Positions 24,506-30,307 of a stretch of 30,307 nucleotides of DNA are shown here, piece by piece. Source of the stretch: Hyphomicrobiaceae bacterium (GTDB lineage Bacteria > Pseudomonadota > Alphaproteobacteria > Rhizobiales > Hyphomicrobiaceae); NCBI GenBank assembly GCA_044867545.1, contig JBIOVC010000214.1:1-30307 (forward strand). The letters run 5' to 3'. The notes beneath the pieces are model-generated. The model had not been told where the DNA came from. It ran no database searches and worked only from the letters and a program-made list of their open reading frames with translations. Positions within the stretch are counted from its first letter, which is position 1; every line of letters starts with the position of its first letter. The translations under genes were made by a program, and so were the position numbers.

Positions 24506-27500
24506 ATGATTCCGTCCGCCTTGGAGATAGTGCAGGACGACAGGGCGTACCCGACCGGCGCCCCCACCCTCCTCCACAAGCACTTCGAGGCGCGGCTTCT
24601 GCTTCGCCCGGATCATCCGGCGGTCCAGTGCGACGGCGAGGTGCTGACCTACGCCGAGCTCGATCGCTACGCGACCAGAATCGCCCATACGCTCCGCCGA
24701 CGCGGCATTCGGACCGGCGAGCTGGTCGGCGTCTATCTGACGAAGTCGACCCGTCTGTTCGCCGCTCTGCTCGGCGTGCTGAAAGCCGGCGCCGGCTACG
24801 TCCCGATCGATCCGAAATTCCCGCACGAGCGCATCGCCGACATCCTGAGCGACAGCAACGCCAGCGTTCTCATCACCGAGGGCGAGCTTGCCGACGCGCT
24901 TCCGGTGGCACTGCCGACGCCGCGCCTTCGCCTCGATGCGGATGCTGCCGAGATCGCAGCACAGTCCGACGAAAGGATCTCGACCAGCGAGATCGGCCTC
25001 ACGCCCGCGCACCTCTGCTACGTGATCTACACCTCCGGTTCGACCGGACGCCCGAAGGGCGTGATGATCGAGCACCGCAACGCGTCCGCCTTCCTCGAGG
25101 CATTCAGGACGGTCTATCGGCTGACCGATGCCGATCGCGTCTACCAGGGCTTCTCCACCGCATTCGATGCCTCCGTCGAGGAGATCTGGGGCGCCTTCTC
25201 GGTCGGCGCGACGCTGGTCGTGCCGCGGGAATGCGTCGCGCGCTCACCGCTCGATGTCGCCGACTTCCTGACGAGCAACCGCGTAACCTATTTCTCCACG
25301 GTCCCGACCTTCCTGTCGATGATCGATCGCGAGCTGCCGACCGTGCGCACGCTGGTGCTCGGCGGCGAGGTCTGCACGCCCGAGCTGGTCGCCCGCTGGA
25401 CCGGACCCGGACGCCGGATGCTCAACACCTACGGTCCGACCGAGGCGACGGTGGTTGCGACCTGGACCGAGTGCAGCCGCGATGGGCCGGTAACCATCGG
25501 CGTCGCCATGCCCGGATACGAGACCTATGTGCTCGACGAGAACCAGCGTCCGGTGGCGGCGGGTGAGCAAGGCGAGCTCTATATCGGCGGCCCGGCGGTC
25601 GCGCGGGGCTACCTCAATCAGCCCGAGCTGACGGCCGAGCGCTTCATTCCCAACCCGCTGAAGCCCTGCAGCCGAACGATCGAGCGCATCTATCGGACCC
25701 ACGACCTCGTGCGCCTGACCGAGAGCGGAGACCTGCAGTTTCTCGGCCGCTGCGACGGGCAGATCAAGATCAGGGGATTCCGCGTCGAGCTCTCGGAGAT
25801 CGAGGCGGTGCTGATGGAGCACCCGCGCATCCAGGCGGCAGCCGTCGCCCTGGTCGACACCGACGGCCTCAAGGAGCTTGCCGCCTATGTCGTCGCCGAC
25901 GGCAGCGAGGACCTCGATCGAACGGCGATCTCCGAGCTGCTGCGCGGCCGTCTCCCCGAGTATATGGTGCCGAAGTTCCTGGATCGGCTTCCCGCATTGC
26001 CGCTGATGACGAGCGGCAAGGTCGACCGCAAAGAGCTCCCGCTCCCGGTGCTGCCGCTGATCGGCCTCGACCGCGAGATCGTCTCCGCCGGCAGCGACCT
26101 CGAGCGGGCGATCACGTCCGCCTGGGAGCAGGCGCTTGGCGTCTCGCCGATCTCGGTCACCGACGACTTCTTCCTCGATTTGGGCGGCCACTCGCTGCTG
26201 GCAGCGAAGGCGGTCACGGCACTGAGGACGAAGCTCAACTCCCCACGTCCCTCCGTGCGCGACATCTACAAGCACCCAACCGTACGCGGACTAGCCGAGC
26301 ACTTCCGTACGATCGGCCTGACCGGAACGGCGGCCAAGCCGGCATCCGATGCCGAGCAGGAGACCCCCGCGCTCGCCGCGTTCAAGCGCGTCCACTGGCT
26401 AAAGCGCTGGACGGTCGTGGCGCTGCAAGCGCTCGCGCTCGCCGTCTACTACGGCATAGCTGCCGCGCCGATCGCCTACAGCATCCTGATCACCGTGGCC
26501 GTCGTCGACGGCCACGTTGATCTGGGCGACGCGATCTGGCTCTCGACTGCCGTCGGCTTCGCGGCCTGGCCGTCGATGCTGCTCCTGAGCATCGCCGTGA
26601 AATGGCTGGTGATCGGCCGCTACAAGCCCGGCCGCTACCCGCTCTGGGGCTTCTATTACTTCCGCTGGTGGCTGGTCACCCGCTTCCAGGCGCTGAGCTG
26701 GTCGCACATGTTCGTCGGCACGCCGCTGATGAGCCTGTACTTCCGCGCCATGGGAGCAAAGGTCGGCCACAACGTCACAATCGCCACGCCGCTCTGCGCA
26801 ACCTTCGACACCGTCTCGATCGGCGACCACGTCAGCATCGGCTCGGAGACCCAGATGCTGGGCTATCGCGTCGAGAACGGCTATCTTGTGATCGGCAGGA
26901 TCGACATCGGCAACGACTGCTTCGTCGGCATGCACTGCAACCTCGGCGTCGGCAGCCGCATGGGCTCCGGCGCCCGGCTCGACGACATGTCGCTGTTGCC
27001 CGACCGCGCGGTCATGCGGGCCGGAGAGGCGCGGCGCGGTACGCCCGCGGCGCCGGCCGTCGTCCTGACGCCGGGCTCGATGCGCACCCGGCTGAAGCGA
27101 CGCCGCCCGGTCCTCTTCGGCCTTACCCACCTCGCCCTGATCTACGTGATGGGCTACTTCCTGATCCTTACTATGCTCCCCGCGATAGCGATGGTTGCCG
27201 CCGGCCTGATCTACGGCGGACCACCGTGGGGCATCGCCGCGGCTTTCCTTTCCGTTCCGGTATCGCTCCTCTGGTACGCGGCGGCCGTCGTGCTGGCAAA
27301 GCGCCTCGGCACCGGACACATCGAGCAGGGAACCTTCCCGCTCGAGAGCGGCACCTACCTCCGCCACTGGTTCCTCGACTACCTGATGCGGAACACGCGG
27401 ACGATCCTGCTGCCGCTCTATGCGACCGTCTACCTGCCGTCCTTCCTGCGGATGCTGGGCGCACGGATCGGCCGCGGCGTCGAGATCTCGACCGTGTTGA

Positions 27501-28582
27501 ACATCTCCCCCGATCTGCTCTCGATCGGCAGCGGCAGCTTCCTTGCCGATGCCTGCCTCGTCGGCGGCGAGCGGATCCACAATGGCCTGGTCGAGGTCCG
27601 CCCCGTCGCGATCGGCGAGAAGACCTTCGTCGGCAACAGCGCGATGGTCCCCGGCGGCCACGTGCTCGGCAGCAACGTGCTGATCGGCGTGATGTCGACG
27701 CCCCCCGCCGAATGGACACTGGTGCCGGGCGGCACCCGCTGGCTCGGCTCGCCGGGCTTCGCTCTGCCGCGCACGCAATCTGACGCCTGCTTCGCTGACA
27801 CCGAGACATTCCGGCCGGGCTGGCGCGCGCGCTGTGCCAGGGCCATCATCGACGCCATGCGGGTCCTGATCCCCGGCACGGTGATGATGGCGAGCCTTGT
27901 CACCCTGGCCGTTGGCCTGGTCATCGGCTACCGCTCGCTGCCGCTCTGGGGAGTCATTGGCTCCATCCCGCTGCTCGCAACGGCGCTGGCGATCGCCTCT
28001 GTCGCCGCCGCCGCGCTGATCAAGAAGCTCTTCATCGGCCGGATCGCTCCGACCGTGAAACCGCTGTGGTCGCAGTTCGTGTGGTTCAACGAGCTTGTCA
28101 ACGGCGCCTACGAGACCATTGCCGCACCGATCCTGGCGCCTGTCCTCGGCACGCCCTTCATCGCACCCGCCCTGCGGGCCATGGGCTGCAGGATCGGAAA
28201 GTGGACCTTCATCGAGACCACTCTGTTCTCCGAGTTCGACCTGGTCGAGATCGGCGACCATGCAGCGTTGAACCTCGGCGCAACGATCCAGACCCACCTC
28301 TTCGAGGACCGGATCATGAAGGCCGACTACCTGCGCATCGGCGAAGGCTGCAACGTCGGCAACATGGCGGTCGTGCTCTACGAGACCGCAATGCACCGAG
28401 GCTCATCGCTTGCGCCGCTGTCGGTGCTGATGAAGGGCGAGACGCTGCCGGCCTTCACGAGCTGGACCGGCATCCCGTGCGAGCAGGTCACGCCGGAGCA
28501 ACAGGCCCCACGCCCGGAGCCTGTCAGGAATCAGCCGAAGCCCCTCACCCTTGGGCTCTCGCAACAGCTCCAGCAGGCGTAG
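24506..28582 (+). CDS. Pls/PosA-type single-module membrane NRPS (A-T-TM/C-like repeats)
   Basis: A domain (YVIYTSGSTGRPKG, FDASVEE, NTYGPTE, YRTHDL, QIKIRGFRVEL, SGKVDRK), T domain LGGHSLL (Ser ~26192), then three TM-flanked hexapeptide-like blocks (AMGAKVG, MLGARIG, AMGCRIG) and QTHLFEDRIMK. No C or TE domain. Confidence 0.92.
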   Translation: MIPSALEIVQDDRAYPTGAPTLLHKHFEARLLLRPDHPAVQCDGEVLTYAELDRYATRIAHTLRRRGIRTGELVGVYLTKSTRLFAALLGVLKAGAGYVPIDPKFPHERIADILSDSNASVLITEGELADALPVALPTPRLRLDADAAEIAAQSDERISTSEIGLTPAHLCYVIYTSGSTGRPKGVMIEHRNASAFLEAFRTVYRLTDADRVYQGFSTAFDASVEEIWGAFSVGATLVVPRECVARSPLDVADFLTSNRVTYFSTVPTFLSMIDRELPTVRTLVLGGEVCTPELVARWTGPGRRMLNTYGPTEATVVATWTECSRDGPVTIGVAMPGYETYVLDENQRPVAAGEQGELYIGGPAVARGYLNQPELTAERFIPNPLKPCSRTIERIYRTHDLVRLTESGDLQFLGRCDGQIKIRGFRVELSEIEAVLMEHPRIQAAAVALVDTDGLKELAAYVVADGSEDLDRTAISELLRGRLPEYMVPKFLDRLPALPLMTSGKVDRKELPLPVLPLIGLDREIVSAGSDLERAITSAWEQALGVSPISVTDDFFLDLGGHSLLAAKAVTALRTKLNSPRPSVRDIYKHPTVRGLAEHFRTIGLTGTAAKPASDAEQETPALAAFKRVHWLKRWTVVALQALALAVYYGIAAAPIAYSILITVAVVDGHVDLGDAIWLSTAVGFAAWPSMLLLSIAVKWLVIGRYKPGRYPLWGFYYFRWWLVTRFQALSWSHMFVGTPLMSLYFRAMGAKVGHNVTIATPLCATFDTVSIGDHVSIGSETQMLGYRVENGYLVIGRIDIGNDCFVGMHCNLGVGSRMGSGARLDDMSLLPDRAVMRAGEARRGTPAAPAVVLTPGSMRTRLKRRRPVLFGLTHLALIYVMGYFLILTMLPAIAMVAAGLIYGGPPWGIAAAFLSVPVSLLWYAAAVVLAKRLGTGHIEQGTFPLESGTYLRHWFLDYLMRNTRTILLPLYATVYLPSFLRMLGARIGRGVEISTVLNISPDLLSIGSGSFLADACLVGGERIHNGLVEVRPVAIGEKTFVGNSAMVPGGHVLGSNVLIGVMSTPPAEWTLVPGGTRWLGSPGFALPRTQSDACFADTETFRPGWRARCARAIIDAMRVLIPGTVMMASLVTLAVGLVIGYRSLPLWGVIGSIPLLATALAIASVAAAALIKKLFIGRIAPTVKPLWSQFVWFNELVNGAYETIAAPILAPVLGTPFIAPALRAMGCRIGKWTFIETTLFSEFDLVEIGDHAALNLGATIQTHLFEDRIMKADYLRIGEGCNVGNMAVVLYETAMHRGSSLAPLSVLMKGETLPAFTSWTGIPCEQVTPEQQAPRPEPVRNQPKPLTLGLSQQLQQA

Positions 28583-28592
28583 AAAGCAAGAG

Positions 28593-28621
28593 CCCGGATC
28601 GGGCCCCGCGCCCGATCCGGG
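28593..28621. terminator. 11-bp hairpin between the convergent NRPS and porin genes
   Basis: CCCGGATCGGG-ccccgcg-CCCGATCCGGG; on the minus strand it is followed by CTCTTGCTTTCT. Confidence 0.55.
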
Positions 28622-28689
28622 ATCATCAAACCCGGTGAAAATCGCGCCTTGCGCGTCCGGGTTCGCCCCGCCTTTCCTTATGGCCGGCC

Positions 28690-29505
28690 TCAGTACTCGA
28701 ACGTCAGCCGCGCGACGACGCGTCCGTCGCAGCGGCCCGAGCAGTCGCCAGCCAGATCCTCCGGCACGTCGATCGTATCGAAGTAGCGCAGGTCGAACTC
28801 GAGGTACTCCGCGAAGATGAAGGAGAAGCCGGCGTTCCAGTACCAGTAGTCGTAGCCGCCGTCGCTCTCGTCGCCTTCGCTGTAGCCGAGCGTGGCGCTG
28901 AGTGAAGGGTCGACGCCCGCGATCGCGCCGAGCTTCCGTGTCAGCGTACCTTCGAACACCCAGTTGTCGCCCACCTCGGCGAAGTAGTCCGGCGAGTAGT
29001 AGATCGTGAAGCTGCCGTTCAGCGTATCGTGGAAGTTGCCGCTGATGCTGCCATAGACTTCCATGTAGTCGAGGTCGCGCTGCGCGCCATCAACAACGAC
29101 GCCGTAGGCGCCGGGATAGAAGTACCCGATGATGCCGAGGTTCCACTCGATCGGCCCGAGCTGCCGCTTGATGCCGCCATAGACGTCGAGCTCGAAGTCC
29201 GCCTGCTCGTGGAAGCGGCCGGAGGTGTCCTGCGTCCTCCCGAAGTCCACGTTCGACGACCAGAAGCCGACATAGAACGAGCCAAACGTCAGATCGACGC
29301 CGCCCTGGACCGCCGGGTGTTCCTGTGTCTGCGTGAAGCCGCGGAACCTGTAGTCCGAGGCGATGCCGACGTTCGCAGAGAACTCGAAAGGCTTCTGCCC
29401 ATCCACCGGCTCATCGGCGGCTGCCGGGGGCGGCGCCGCGCAAGCCACGAGAGCCGCGAGCGTCAGCGCGAACATGTGCCGCTGCATGTAGGCCTTGCAC
29501 TGCAT
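28690..29505 (-). CDS. TorF-family putative porin (TIGR02001-like)
   Basis: Signal peptide, FSANVGIASDYRFRGFTQT, PAVQGGVD, FYVGFWSSNVDF, ELDVYGG, terminal aromatic LTFEY; SD GGGAG. Confidence 0.88.
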   Translation of the reverse strand: MQCKAYMQRHMFALTLAALVACAAPPPAAADEPVDGQKPFEFSANVGIASDYRFRGFTQTQEHPAVQGGVDLTFGSFYVGFWSSNVDFGRTQDTSGRFHEQADFELDVYGGIKRQLGPIEWNLGIIGYFYPGAYGVVVDGAQRDLDYMEVYGSISGNFHDTLNGSFTIYYSPDYFAEVGDNWVFEGTLTRKLGAIAGVDPSLSATLGYSEGDESDGGYDYWYWNAGFSFIFAEYLEFDLRYFDTIDVPEDLAGDCSGRCDGRVVARLTFEY

Positions 29506-29913
29506 TCAATTTCTCCCTGGCGGAGGACCGAAGCTTCGATCGATCTTGCAAGCCTGATCGCCACGCGGAACGGGCGCGCTGGCCGACGCTGATATGATTC
29601 GCTTGCGCACCACAACGGCGAAGACAGGCGCACGAATCCTTCCAGATGCAGCGTGGCGTTCGCGCAACCTGAAATGCTTGCCGCAACGCTGGATTGTTTA
29701 CGGCTTGCTAACCAATTGTCGCCGCCCGGCTACACCCCGAGCCATAGCTTGGCGGCCCACTCGACAGACCTGGCGAATCAGCTCCCTATCCGCCCCGACT
29801 GGCCAGATCTCGTGGCCGGAGGATCCTTGCGTCGGTTTGCGTTGGTTCGGGGCTCTGCGGCTCGTCTGCCCTGCTGCTTGCGATCAGCTTTACAGCCGAC
29901 GAAAGGACGACAC

Positions 29914-30307
29914 ATGAAGAAGCTGCTGCCCGCGATCGTGGCGATCGTTGCAGCCGCCCTGCTAGCCGGTGGCGCGCAGGCGAACGGCACGGGCTCGATC
30001 AAGGACGAGCCGATCCTGATGCCGACCGGGTGGTCGGGTTTCTACTTCGGTGCCGGCGTCGGCTACGGCGACTCCGTCATCGATAACCTCTATTCGGAAA
30101 CGGATGGCGACTTCGAGAACACCGAAGGCGAGGGTCTGCGCGGCGGTCTCGGCACCATCATTCTTGGCCTCGACCGGCAGATCGGTGAGCGCTGGGTGAT
30201 CGGCGCCTTCGTCGACTTCGACTGGTCCGACATCTCACTCACCTACACCGACGACGTCGTAGGAGAGCAAGAGCTTACCCTAGACTGGATGTGGGCGATC
30301 GGCGCTC
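29914..30307 (+). CDS. Outer-membrane beta-barrel protein (Omp25/RopB-like), 5' part
   Basis: Hand translation MKKLLPAIVAIVAAALLAGGAQANGTGSIKDEPILMPTGWSGFYFGAGVGYG...GLDRQIGERWVIGAFVDFDWS; SD AAGGA; runs off the right edge. Confidence 0.85.
   Translation, partial: MKKLLPAIVAIVAAALLAGGAQANGTGSIKDEPILMPTGWSGFYFGAGVGYGDSVIDNLYSETDGDFENTEGEGLRGGLGTIILGLDRQIGERWVIGAFVDFDWSDISLTYTDDVVGEQELTLDWMWAIGA

Noticed and set aside
26399-28396. 665-aa minus-strand ORF
   Set aside because: Exact antisense of the NRPS C-terminal half, with no recognisable motifs.
1-30307. CRISPR array, IS elements, rRNA
   Set aside because: No regularly spaced repeats, transposase motifs or rRNA-like sequence seen.

Overview
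High-GC alphaproteobacterial chromosome segment; the gene set suggests Hyphomicrobiales (inference). Left to right: (1) urea ABC transporter urtABCDE on the minus strand, with a sigma54 promoter, two NtrC-like sites and an extra small ORF between urtD and urtE. (2) A five-gene minus-strand operon (DUF2064/CofC-like, radical SAM/SPASM, DPM1-like GT2, cytochrome b, Tat-exported molybdopterin oxidoreductase) divergent from a SigF/NrsF-type ECF sigma/anti-sigma pair, with a matching GTAAC-N-CG(A/T)A promoter in each direction. (3) A ~7 kb accessory stretch ending at the 3' end of tRNA-Ser(GCT). It holds six exact sigma-EcfG (general stress response) promoter motifs, each in front of a gene: an L,D-transpeptidase, two apparently leaderless small membrane proteins, an orphan NepR-like protein and two unknown genes. 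It also carries an orphan carbamoyltransferase and a truncated GT4. (4) gpt, a GST, a Sel1-repeat protein, a Tat-signal VOC protein and an M23 peptidase with an altered motif. (5) An Sfp-type PPTase plus a Pls/PosA-type membrane NRPS (A-T-TM/C-like) whose hand-derived A-domain code points to a basic diamino acid. (6) Two divergent outer-membrane protein genes. No CRISPR array, integrase or transposase was seen. All family calls come from motif recognition by eye, with no database search.
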